A DNA stretch of 59,440 nt, the filler included, from Dugesia japonica (taxonomy: Eukaryota), in assembly GCA_001938525.1 (NCBI GenBank). It is 5 parts of 5 records of this genome, joined end to end, with 100 filler letters (N's around TTAATTAATTAA, not from the genome) between each part and the next. Parts side by side here need not be neighbours in the genome. Positions count along the whole stretch, not along the records: positions 1 to 12,089 come from MQRL01298465.1; 4 more parts are not named here. One strand, 5' to 3'. This document shows positions 1-11,414 of this stretch, one piece after another (position 1 is the first letter of the stretch; every line of letters begins with the position of its first letter). The translations under genes were made by a program, and so were the position numbers. The notes beneath the pieces were generated by a model that ran no database searches, had not been told where the DNA came from, and worked only from the letters and a program-made list of their open reading frames with translations.

Positions 1-176
1 ATCACCTTTGTTATGAAATATATTATTTTACAACTCAAGTGTTAATTTTTATGGAAACGAATAACAAAATAAAGATTCTGAGGAAACTACTTACAACGTT
101 TATATTAAATGAATTCTATAAAACGATCAATGGTTATGTCTAACAATTATTCTGATAATAATTGCAATTGTAAAAT
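1..176 (+). mobile_element. Penelope-like pseudo-LTR tail fragment
   Basis: 124-176 (cgatcaatggttatgtctaacaattattct...attgtaaaa) matches the motif that follows the hammerhead-like sequence at 45348-45400 and 14720-14771. Confidence 0.5.
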
Positions 177-177
177 C

Positions 178-650
178 TTTATTTCTGTCTGGAAAACGTA
201 GTAATGGTGTTTTTATCAAAGCCTGTTTCAATTCCTGAAATGCTTCGTTGCATATCGGTGTCCATATTAACGTGTCTTTGTTTCTGCCACATAATTCTTC
301 TAATGCTTTGCCTTATGCAGAATATTCTTTGATGAATTTCTAGTAGTAATTACACATACCTAGAAAGCTTCTGACTTGTTTTGTACATTTTGCCCTCTCA
401 AAGTTCTGTATACTTTTTATTTTTGTAGGATCTGTTCAGAGGCCATTTTCGTCCAAGATATGTCCTAGAAACTTACCCTCTTTCTGCAAAAAACTGAATT
501 TCTTTGGGTTGATACGTAATAACGCTTTTGCTACTTCTTTAAGCACAGTGCCCAGCGTCTTGAAATGGTCCATGGCATAATCCGAGTAAATTATAATATC
601 ATCCATAAATACCATTGCTCTAGGTGTTCTTCTCAGTACGTTTGTCATTA
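178..650 (-). mobile_element. Ty3/Gypsy pol relic (RT C-terminal half and RT-RNase H connection)
   Basis: FMDDIIIY (YxDD), KFLGHI, then past a stop TDPTKIKSI...VRSFLGMCNYY...AFQELKQALIKTPLLRFPD; several in-frame stops. Confidence 0.9.
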
Positions 651-1790
651 ATTAAAAAGAAAAGAAAAAAAAACTTTATTTAACACAACAGTAGGGTGAC
701 TAGTCCAGGTATTAAGTCAAGGTAAGTATAGATGAGTCCATAACCTAAACTTTTTCTTTGTGTCAGTTCAAACTTTCAATGAGCAGCAAAGTTCTTAATT
801 AAACTTNGCTCAAGAATCACGAAAGAGGAGTTCAATCAATTGTATTGAACCTGGCCTCATTGATCATATGGTCCAGGAAAATTCTGTTGGAGGTCTTGAT
901 CACCTTTTCAATAAGAGCCTACGAAATGTGTTTGATTTCCTTGTTGTTAAGTCCAATCACTTTGAGGGATCTTTGATTGGCTCGATCCCACGATCCCAGG
1001 GTACCAAGAATTAAAGCATCGAGGGTAGCTTCTTTGTGATACTTGGCCCCGAGATCCTTTTGAACCTGCTCATATTTGCTTTTGTTGTCTGCTCTGACTT
1101 TTTTGAATCCTTCTAAGGAGTCATAAGGAACTTTGACGTCCAATATGTGGATCTTGTTATTTATGTTGCTAGTTATAACCAGATCCGGTCTCAACTTAGT
1201 GTCAAAGCCCTGGGGTGAGCAATCATACTGCACGTCAAAGTCCCATTTCGGGAAGATTGAAGCAGTCTTTTCCAGAATTCTGTTGTGTTTGCTGTATTTT
1301 TGGTTTTTCATGGCCGGGCAGTGATTAAAAATATGCGTTTGAGTTTCCGCATGAGAACCACATTGCCTGCAGTGAGTTGGCATGTTCATTTTGAGTCTGT
1401 ATGGGTTGTAGTTGGTTCTGAGAAAGTTATTCCTTGTTCTGACAATAAATAAATAGTCCCTTTCAGTGACATTGATTCTCCTCATGAATTTGCTACTGTA
1501 GTCGGAAGCAGCAATGGCATTAGCGAGGAGACCTCGAGTAGTCAGACCGCACCAATGATGATAATAAGTGTATCCAATCTCTTTGCGGAGTGCCTTGCAG
1601 ATTTTAGATTTGGAATCATTATTAAAAATGATATTAGTCTGAAGATTGTAGTCAGGTAGTCCAGAAAGTCGTAAGGAGATAAGGTTATCTTCCCTATAAA
1701 AACTGAGTTTTAGCTTGTGAGCTTCTCCGAGTCGGTTGATGGCCAATCTAACTCTAGTCCACCGAGAGGCGACAGTATTGATGACTTAGT
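651..1790 (-). mobile_element. 5'-truncated non-LTR retrotransposon, R2/NeSL/Utopia-type (CCHC + restriction-like endonuclease) with 3' UTR
   Basis: CRQC...ETQTHIFNHC zinc knuckle, KHNRIL, RPDLV...ILDVKVPYD...KSKY RLE motif, LGTLGSW; frame reads through the stop at 919 to 832; AATAAA then T-rich tail at ~651-680. Confidence 0.9.
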
Positions 1791-2113
1791 ACTAACGAAG
1801 AGTAAAATACCATCTAAGTTCATCTAAAATACCACCCAAAAATTGACATTACTGAATACATTATCATCCTAATTTTATGTTCCTAAGGAACTCCCAAAAT
1901 TAAGTACATGTTTTTCCATATAATCTATTATCTGTAGGGTTTAGTAATTTTAGGTTAACATATTTTGGTGAAATTCACCATGGGGACTTACCAACTTTTA
2001 TCCATGTAAATTGGATTTTGAAGCTCAAGACTAGAATTACTAGCAGTATTATTTGGATGAGCTAGTGTACTACGATTACAAGGTAAAAGTGTATAGAAAT
2101 TATCTGATTTCAT
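1791..2113 (-). pseudogene. Polinton minor capsid (penton)-like paralogue 2, truncated by the non-LTR element
   Basis: MKSDNFYTLLPCNRSTLAHPNNTASNSSLELQNPIYM..KSW*V, clearly similar in DNA and protein to 3060-3184. Confidence 0.7.
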
Positions 2114-3184
2114 GTGAATGTTCTTCTTGATTGACTATTTGCATGAAACAATATTCAGATTTATCACGTATCATCACTATCATCACGTATATTGATTTCT
2201 ATATTGTTTTTATAAGATGAAGAAATAGATAAAATAATTGGATGGTCAACAATTATTTTAACTAATTCTCATTCTTCTGTTCTTCTATCCATACTGATTT
2301 CAATAAAGGAAAATTAACATCTTCAACAACAATAGGTTCATATATTTAGCCATTTTTAAACACTTTAATATTCTCGGTTTCTTATTAATTTTATATAGTA
2401 GTTGCTTATCATTCAATTATATTCGAGTATATTGCGATTTTTTAATCCTTATGTTTTTGTTAAGATTTTATCGAATTTAACTCTTCTAGTTTTATTTGCC
2501 AATGTAAATTCAAATAGTTCATCTTGCTTTAATGAAAAAGTTTTAAATAACATGTTTTTTTTCCAAATATGATCATTTAGTTGTTTAAAATCCGTTATTA
2601 ATAATTCGGAATCGAATTGAAAATTTTTTAGTTACAATCGAATATAAATATTTAATCCTTACTTTTCAATGGAATCATTGTTTTTAAAGTCATGAAAGCT
2701 AAGAGCAAATATTTTGTCTCCAAAATTCTTACCAGTATCAAAAGTTAATTTAACATCCAATTTTACAAATTTGCCACTCAAATATATAAATATCTTTAAA
2801 GTTTTCAGAGCATCAAAGAATAAACTGTGGAATGTAATATCACTAGTAAAGAATAGCGTGTTTTCTTTCGATAATTGTATAACTGTTTCCGTATTATTTT
2901 TATTATTGTCTTAAGAATTCTTAGTTAAATGAAGTGTGTTTTCTTTATTGTAACATCGAGTATTAGTTACTTCTCAATTATTTTAAATAATTCATATTTA
3001 ATCCTAGATTGACTGTAAATTGACTTCGCTGAATATACAAATGTGAAATCCATCAAGTATACTTCCCAACTACAATTTATGTAAATTAGGTTTGAAGCTC
3101 AACAATGAAATTACTAGCAGTATTATTTGGATGAACTGGTGGACTACTATTACTAAGTAAAAGTGTATAGAAATTATTAGATAT
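2110..3184 (-). pseudogene. Polinton minor capsid (penton)-like paralogue 1
   Basis: N-terminus NFYTLLLSNSSPPVHPNNTASNFIVEL..SWEVYLMDF and C-terminus EPIVVEDVNFPLLKSV..DHPI..NNIEINIRD resemble Polinton/adintovirus penton motifs; frameshifted. Confidence 0.75.
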
Positions 3185-3187
3185 CGT

Positions 3188-3660
3188 CTTAATGTTCCTC
3201 TTGTTTGTCTTATTGTATTGCTAATATCCAACTTAGTTTTCATATCTATACCATTTTACATAGTATTGTTTATTCTTTCCAGTTCCTTTGATTAAAATAG
3301 AACAGCTCTTGCAAATCTATTGAAGACAACGATAAATAACAAAAAAATATACTTGTAAACTTTATTAATCTTTGAATATGGAATCATTAGATACATTTAC
3401 CATAAATCATCAATATCATATGGTTTATATGTTCTTGTTAGAAATCTTTTCAACATTGGTTTGTTCACTAGTAGACTCGATAACTACTATTGAACGGTTT
3501 TCATCAACATTTTGACGCTTCGAAAACCTGATGGATGTTTTGTGCGCGTTGATATTATCTTCATTTTTGGCTCCATTACAACAATTTGATGCAAATTTCA
3601 TGTCAAAATTAAGTAATGATTGAAATCCACCCATTGTTCATTTAAGTTAATTCTATTACA
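3188..3660 (-). pseudogene. Polinton retroviral-like integrase, internally deleted (N-terminal core start fused to chromodomain)
   Basis: KPMLKRFLTRTYKPYDIDDLW*MYLMIPYSKINKVYKYIFLLFIVVFNRFARAV directly followed by KGTGKNKQYYVKWYRYE..SWI. Confidence 0.8.
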
Positions 3661-3699
3661 AATATTAATAATGATACTATAACGTCAACCTTTGGTTTT

Positions 3700-4006
3700 T
3701 TGAAACGAGTACAGCTTAATGCAGCTAATAAAATTGGTAGTTATGCAGCTATAAAGCCAGCTCTTTGATAATTCATTACTCGTCTCATTGATTTTCTATT
3801 TTTCATGTTTACAAGTGTTAATAAAGTTTTTCTTATGTTTTCCTTTCAGGCGCACTCAAATCTACATTACTGCGAATAATATTTATAATAATGTTAAGTA
3901 AAACATCTATAACAAATGATGAGAATGATTGTAAAATTTTCATTCTAAAAGGTTTTGATGATTTAATCAATGCAGTACAAAACGGAATACTTCTTTATAA
4001 TTTCAT
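3700..4006 (-). pseudogene. Small Polinton/adintovirus-type protein with a C-terminal Q-x-(A/G)-G-F amphipathic helix
   Basis: MKL*RSIPFCTALIKSSKPFRMKILQS...NIIRSNVDLS...QRAGFIAA*LPILLAALS; position between ATPase and integrase. Confidence 0.55.
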
Positions 4007-4297
4007 GTTAAGTTATTAAAATAATACATACCATTTATTTACTTATAATAATATAGATTTTCTGTTCATCATTCTCAGTTTCTTTCCATTCCCTTTTGCA
4101 AGTTTTTTAAATATATTCTTTGCTTCTTTTTATTTACTCTCTGCTTCTTATTTCCATGGTGTTTCTTAATGCGGTTGTTTCTTATTTTTACCATACTTTT
4201 TCTTCATAAAGGATATTTTTTGATGTTTACAACACCATCAGTTACATGAGCAACTAAATATTTCTTTAATTTTGTCTTCTTTTATAATTTTGAAAAA

Positions 4298-4925
4298 TTA
4301 CCTATTTTGTTTATATACTGTGATACCATTATGATTGAATATATCTGATGTCACACTATAATCACCTGGAAATTGTTGTGTAAAGTCGAGAAATAGATAT
4401 CCATGTGATTTTTCTGTTGCATCTTGAAATGATTCAATAAGAAATTTTCTATAATTTGGATATGCTTGTCTTGCTAGAAAATCAACAACAGTCTGATATC
4501 TAGGATTTTTAAATAGAACCAAATGCTGCACGTTTAAATTACGAGTTCTATGACTACCTCCTTTATGAAATAGATTTGGCTTAATAAATATCACAGTCAC
4601 ATTATGGTGTCTCAATATCTAAGTGAATAAATTATTGAAATCTTTTTCTTTATTCACCTCTTTATATAGATCATCAACTAAAATAACATCACTCGGTCCT
4701 AATCTTTTATTCCAATTTTTATAAAAACCATTTATAATTTTCATTTTAATATTACAAAATTCAGATTTAGTCCGTCTATGCTCTTTATCTGAACAACTAT
4801 GCCAGTATGTTTTTAAATTTAGACTTGAATAAGTTTGATTTTAATAATTAACATACAAACTAAGTTTTTCCGCTACCACTAGGTTCAACAATTTCATAAA
4901 CTGTATTCTTTTTTAATTTTTCCAT
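4298..4925 (-). pseudogene. Polinton packaging ATPase (A32/FtsK-like)
   Basis: Walker A PSGSGKT (~4863-4885), Walker B VILVDDL, RHHNVTVIFI..NLF, LVLFKNPR, HGYLFLD; stops and frameshift. Confidence 0.92.
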
Positions 4926-4989
4926 CTTGTTTTTTCTTTAATTTATTAATAATTTAGTACATTGTTTATATTTGTTTTAACGGATCAAT

Positions 4990-5147
4990 TAAATTAATTC
5001 TATCCAAACCCCAATGTCCCTCATTAATTCGATAATTATGATTGCAAATATTAATTATAGAAGTGAAGTATCGCATGAAGTAACAAAGAAAATGAGCTTT
5101 CCTTCAGACAAACCATGTCAATTCAAAGTCAAAATTGACAAGTTTAC
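4990..5147 (-). pseudogene. Protein-primed DNA polymerase B fragment
   Basis: Frameshifted GKLIF.LC..C...ICNHN..R..G.W..EL, resembling the Polinton pPolB KLxFxLCxxC..CxH..GTW motif. Confidence 0.5.
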
Positions 5148-6670
5148 AGTAGATGGATACTAGTTCACGGGAACAGTACCTCCCCCCGCCGAATTTTTCG
5201 GTGTTTTGGTTGTTTAGGTGTTTTTTGATTTGTAGTATTTCGATTGGACGTTCTGAATATATTAAAAAGATTTCAAATTCGGGTTGGAACGGTCGAAGTT
5301 TAGCTCAGGAAGGTCAAGATTCGAAAATTTGTTTTTTAAATTTGTCTGTCAAATTTTATAGTATAGTTTCACATTTGGCATTGATCGTCTTAGAATTGAA
5401 AGCTAAACATTTTTTGTATAGGGTTTCTTATATGAATATGCTTGGTACTCTGGGAAAAGGTACTAGCGTACGGGAACAGTTGACCTTGTTTTTTGAATTT
5501 CTCGATCAGATCGCTATGTAAATGGTACTATTCGATTCAGAATAAAATTCTAAACATCCTTTGTATAGGGTTTGCTGTAGCAATATGCTTGGTTCAAAAG
5601 ATTGAAAATTGCCAGGAGCCATGTCTAACCAAGGATGAAAAATTATTATTTCAAGACATATCCTTGATAATCAAACAAATTTGATATTGTTGAGCTCAGA
5701 ATTAAAACTAAACATATTTCACATAGGGTTTGCTGAACAAAATTTGTGGTTTTCTCAGAAAAGGTACTAGCACACGAAAACAGTTAGCCTTAGTCTAAAA
5801 ATTTCTCGGCGAAAACTCATTGTTTGATAATGAAAATAATAACATTCGATTTCGAATAGAATTTTGAACATTTTATGCATAGGGTTTGCTGTAGAAATAG
5901 GCATAGTTCAAAAAATAGAAAATTCCCCGTTACCATGACCCACCGAGGATGAAAAATTTAACTTTAGAAATACTAATGATAATCAAACATATTTGATATG
6001 GATCTTCTAAGAATTAAAAGGTGAACATTTTTCTATAGGATTTGCTATATGAATATGGTTCGTTCTCTCAAAAAAGGGACTAGCGCAGGGGAGCAGTTGA
6101 CCTTGTTTTGAATAAAATTCTCCGAATGAATAAAATGGCATTCTATTTAAAAAAAAATTCTGAACATATTTTGTATAGGATTTGCTGTAAAATTATGCTT
6201 GGTTTAAAGAATAGAAAATTCCTAGTTGCCCTGACTCACCGAGGATGAAAAATTATTTTTTCAAGAAATACTTATGATAATCAAACAAATTTAATATTTT
6301 TGAACTCAAAATTAAAAACTGATTATTTTTCATGTATGCTTTGCTATATGAATATTTTTAGTTTCCAAGATAAAGGTATGTCAGAACGGGAACTGTTGAC
6401 CTTGTTTTATAAATTTCTCGACCAATACTTATTATATGGTCATGTAAATGACTGCTTTTAATTCAAAATAAAATTCAGAACATTTTATGTGTAGGGTTTC
6501 TTGTAGAAATATGCTTAGTTCAAAAGATAGAAAATGGTCAGGTGCCATTTCCCACCTTAAACAACAAAAATTATTTACTCTGAAAATACTTATAATTACC
6601 ACAGAAATTTGGTATTTTTAAACTTAGAATTAAAAACTGAACATATTTCATATTGGTTTGCTGTACAAAA
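5148..6670 (+). repeat. AGTAG-terminated element with an alternating A/B ~150-bp higher-order tandem array (~305-315 bp period)
   Basis: Starts agtagatggatactag...; tagggtttgct-type anchor recurs at ~5419, 5566, 5723, 5880, 6036, 6176, 6336, 6492, 6652; A units carry ggtactagc..gggaacagttgacc, B units carry gaggatgaaaaatt. Confidence 0.8.
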
Positions 6671-7049
6671 ATGCTTTCTTCTAATAATTTTATTTCATGT
6701 GTTAATTTTAATTCATTATAATTATATTTCCAAATTTTACATTTTACTTGAAATTCATGATTTTTCCAGTTAATGTCAAATTTTGATGATTTCTATAATA
6801 TAAATTTTGATTTACTTTTAAAAATAAGTGTTAAAATGTTTTACAAACTATTTCCATTGAAAATCTAAAAAACTGAAAATAATATAAAAAATTGCATTAA
6901 TAAAAAATTTAAAATATTAAAATATCACTATTGGCAACACATGTAAAATTTAACTTTTCAAAACTTTATAAAATTTACAAAATAAATGTATTAGCAACAA
7001 TAAAAACATACAAATTTAAATTACAAGATTTATTAATTAGGTTAGATTA

Positions 7050-8790
7050 CATTAATAAACACATTGGCTTTACTGTGTCACATGGGACTTACTTACTCTA
7101 TCCATTGATTTACTGAAACACTCTGGTTTTACTGAAATACATGAACTGTACTGTGTCCTCTTGTTACTCTATCCACTACTTTACTATATATACTGGCTTT
7201 TTGTAAACGTTGCTAAACTCTGTGAATTTGATAAACTAGAGGAATTAGGAAATTAATGAAAATTTGACAAATCTTAATAAAATTAGTCTATATTTTAATC
7301 ACGGGTCTATACATTTTAATGTAATTACTTATGGACTTAGTAAAATTTTCACTAAATCTATATGCATTTATAAATTCATTTTATACAAATACAATTTTGA
7401 CTTGAAAAATTACAAACTAATTTCTCAATGTACGATGGTTACAATTTGTACAAAGGTAATCTTAATTTACGCATAAATGTTTACAATTTACTCATAGCTT
7501 GATTCAATATACACATAGATGGTTACAATTTTAATTCATGGAGAGAAGCTATCAACTGAAAAATGAATAAAGTGATAAACAATTCATCAGTCTTCAGTTT
7601 TTACAGCATTGATATATCTCCAGCTATGATGAGAATGTTACAGTCATTTCTATCATTTTTTAGAGATGATTTACTTGAGATTATTTTGAATGACGTTCAT
7701 GGTAATGTAACGTTAAGCAAAATAGAAGAAAAGCGTTGAGAAAACATAAAATGTCGCCATTAACACTTGTAAATACAAAGAATGAAAAATTAATGAATTT
7801 TTTTTTGTATGAACAAGATGGTGGTTTAAAGCAGCATTACTACCAATCGCATTAGCAGTATTAGGACTCACAAATTTCTCATGAATAATGAGTCTGGGTG
7901 AAACAATATGTAGAATAACTTGAAAAGAAGAATGGTTTGAAGTACAGCATGTAATTGGAAAAGGTATAGTTTATTTAAATTTTATTATTAAAGTAATCAA
8001 TTGTTATTATTTATACAAATCCTAGGAGAATACCAGACTTAGGAGAAGATTTAGTATTCGAGGTATCAGAAATATATCTGTACCAGATTAAAGAAAGTCA
8101 AGAGTTGATAATAATGTATATGCTTTAATAAATCTTAGATAATAAATCTAGTTATTGCTTTTACTTCTAAGTTTTTGATCTAAACATTTTTCTTTTTGAA
8201 AAGGTATATAAGTTGAATGTATTTGAGGTAATTAGTGAAGTGATTAAATAGCTAATTGTATATTTTAAGTGAATTGAACAGATTTAGGTAAAGTAAGTAA
8301 GGATTTATGATAGAATAGTGTAATTTAGTCTTACTGTGAAACATTGGTTTACTCGATCCAATAGCTTTGCATATACAGACACATATAGACTTTGATGTGT
8401 TCATTGATTAATTTATTAATTTACTATATTTAGCTTGAAGAAAGTTTTATATAACTATGTAATTTGATTTCCTATATCATTAGTTGTAAAATGAAATGGA
8501 TTATAACTATATAATCATGTTAACCATCAGTAAACATTAGAATCAGCTTAGTGTTTATTTTAATTAAAATAGTGACTTTTGCTTATAGGGGACAAATTAA
8601 GCATATTCAATGGATTAAGTGGTTGTATTGGTTAGCTTGAACGACTAAATTAAAATAAATGAAAGCATTGGATACAATATGTAAGTCAAATACGCAAATG
8701 AATTGAATATATAGGTTTAATGAATGTATCGGGTGCATTGAATGTACTAGGTTTATTGATTGTATTGTGTTAAAAAATGTATCGAGTTTA
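7050..8790 (+). repeat. Composite dispersed repeat with ~20-bp internal subrepeats (copy 1, interrupted at ~7540-8320)
   Basis: 7264-7350 and 8400-8780 are inverted homologues of 43880-43970 and 42690-43130. Confidence 0.7.
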
Positions 8791-8873
8791 ATGATTTTTA
8801 AAAAAATGATTTTTGAAAAAATTTTAAATATTCAACTTGGCGATCGTAATTATAAAAAATGAAATCAACTTAC

Positions 8874-9161
8874 TAAAGTCCAATTGATGTTATAAACCTC
8901 AGAGGATTTATAGGATAAAATTTCGCCGCAGAATTGATGATCGAGAAAATATAAACGTTTTATTATAGCGGAATTGAGAACTGAATAATTATAAAGGAGA
9001 CTAATAACACTAGGATCAATGGGCAATGAATTTAGGGAGAAACAGAGTAGATCTGAGCTGAATGGACGAACATAAAGTATCGAGAAAATGATTAGAGAAA
9101 ACACGATAGTCTGGGGAGACGCAGTAGGCTCGGAGAATTCGAAAAGGAGTGTTACGCCCAT
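8874..9161 (-). CDS. Candidate first coding exon of an unknown secreted/membrane protein
   Basis: ATG at 9161 after in-frame stops, upstream acceptor ttgcag at 9215, hydrophobic stretch TIVFSLIIFSILYV, 96 codons ending at a phase-0 GTAAGT donor. Confidence 0.4.
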
Positions 9162-9859
9162 TTATTAACACGAGAGCTCGATGGGCTTTCATTCTTCTCG
9201 GATTTCGCTTTAAGCTGCAATTTTTAAATAAAAATTTGGTGGTCATTTAATTAATTTTTGGTTTTTAATTATTTTTTGTAATGATTCGTACTTGTACATG
9301 AAAAGCAATACATTTTGAATTTGCCTCATACATGAATTTTAAATACTTTTAGTATTTTGTAAATTATTTTATTAAAAATTATGGATGAAAGTAAAGATGG
9401 TATGATAATCACAGAATCCATTAAATTTAATATTTTTTTGTGGAGTTGTCTCAATGATTACTTACGTATTTTCAGGTTGCACAACTCTGCTACTATTTAA
9501 ATAAACACTACGTGATGAACTGACAATAACTGGAGACAATGGTTTCTTTTGGTGTGTTTGGAATAGTGTCATAAAGTGGACGAGTAAAATACTAGGAATT
9601 TTTTATGAGAACTCCGTAAAAGTGTGGACGAGAAAATTAAATTAAGTGTGGACTGGAATTAACAGACATCTTCCCTGGTCCATATTTCAGGAGAGGTGGA
9701 ACCAGAAATGATAGGCCACAGGCCGAAGAAGCATAATTCAAGTAATTTTTAACATACTGAATATATAGTTTTGCTGTTTAACAAGTTTGGATGGATTAGT
9801 TGATATTATTACTAACAAATTGAATGAATGAGCAAACAAATGTCGTGGATAAAGCTTAA

Positions 9860-9980
9860 CATCAATAGAGTAAGACGCGATACCACAAAGTCGCGCTGGA
9901 CCCAGGAAGAAGAGGAGCATGGCACCGAGGTGTTATAACTGCTTGGGGATTTTAGGTATGCCCCTAGACAAATGTAATAA
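9860..9980 (+). mobile_element. Gag-like CCHC zinc-knuckle relic
   Basis: RKKRSMAPRCYNCLG...C with a frameshift. Confidence 0.35.
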
Positions 9981-11119
9981 TATTGGAATGCAAAATAAAA
10001 GTGGTGGTAATGGTGCGGTAAATCAATTAAAGCCTAAAATCCCAACAAAATGACTAAATAATATTCAAGTTTTAAGTAATAAATTGCACGTTATTTAAAC
10101 AAACGGTAAACCGCCCAAGCACAAATTTTATAAACTAAAAAAAATATACAAAAAAATCCCATAAAAAGCCGGCTGACTGGAGTGTTCACATGCGCTACTA
10201 TCTATCTACTCTCAATCTGTGCATTTAATAAAAATGATTGGTTTTTAAATTTTTATTTCATATTTAAAAATATAGTTGTCCATTTTCCACTTCAAATTAA
10301 TTATTCCCAATGTGAAAATGTTTATTCTCAATTTGAAGTCGAAAATATAAAAATTTTCTTCTGGTGTCTAATTTCTGATTTATAATTAATCCTGATAATT
10401 ATATTATTTAATTAAATAAATCTTTCGGATTTCTCATGTGTCGTCTTAGGTTTAGGTATTGCTTAACATTTAGAAGCCTTAGAATTATACGCACTCACAA
10501 ATATCATACAAACATTCTTTGTTTACAATCAACATGCATATATTATTTTGCACATAACGTACAGCACATTTATATTAATTTAATCCAAATTTCTACTTAT
10601 TTACAAATTTTAATATTTTAAAATTTAATCAAAATATTAACATATATGCAATTAGAGTTTTTACATTTCAAAAATAGTTATTTATATTATATTGTACATT
10701 ATTTTTCTTTTTAAATCTTTATTTTATAAAACTAATCTAATAAATTTAACCGGTTTATCTACAGAAAAAGTTTTTTGAAACAAAACTAAAAATGAATTTT
10801 AATAAATACAAGTTGATTCTAACTTTCTCTATTCATCACTTTTGACAGAAAAATTCAAATAAATCAGCTAAAATGTTTTTTAAACAACACTGAGAACCAA
10901 ATATTGCATTTTAATTATAAAATTCATTAAATAAATTTTGATTTTGATAGTTATTTAATATCTTTTTGTTATTTAATATCTTTTTGTTCATTCAACTGTA
11001 TCTATAATTGGTTAAGTGTAATTAAATTCGTACAAAACTATGAATTTTATAGTTTTACCAAATAATGATTAAATAAACCAACTAACCAACAAATTTTTAT
11101 TTGCATTATATAATAATTT

Positions 11120-11414
11120 TTAATGATTATATTGTATAATTTGATCAATGCTTCTGTGAATAAAAATTACAGCAATAAAACACAGTGCCATTAAAATGGT
11201 ACCAAACACTAGAATTATTGTTTCTGATTTTGAAGTCGGTAACATAAAAAGTCGAACATATCTTTCACCAACGATACCGCGTCTGTAAGTATAGATTTCT
11301 TGGGAAGTTCCATTATTGAAAACTTTCAAACCGTCAAAGACATCACGATAATGAATCAAATTTGCTTCGACACAATAATATTTTTTTTTGATTGCTGAAT
11401 GTTTTATATATTCA
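11120..11414 (-). CDS. Terminal exon of a divergent nicastrin-like type I membrane protein
   Basis: Acceptor tttaaag at 11415-11421; EYIKHSAIKKKYYCVEANL...RLFMLPTSKSETIILVFGTILMALCFIAVIFIHRSIDQII resembles nicastrin RIFLxxSxxxExxxLxxG + TM + short tail. Confidence 0.5.

Larger units (their letters stand above)
1791..5147 (-). mobile_element. Decayed Polinton/Maverick (adintovirus-like) gene block
   Basis: Co-oriented relics of PolB, packaging ATPase, integrase with chromodomain and two penton-like genes found by manual translation. Confidence 0.88.

Noticed and set aside
5400-6670. CRISPR-like repeat-spacer array
   Set aside because: Intervening sequences are homologous to each other (A/B units), no cas genes, eukaryotic context
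7560-7970. piggyBac transposase N-terminal relic
   Set aside because: Only weak resemblance (FLSFFRDDLLEIIL); no catalytic motif or TTAA-bounded TIR seen
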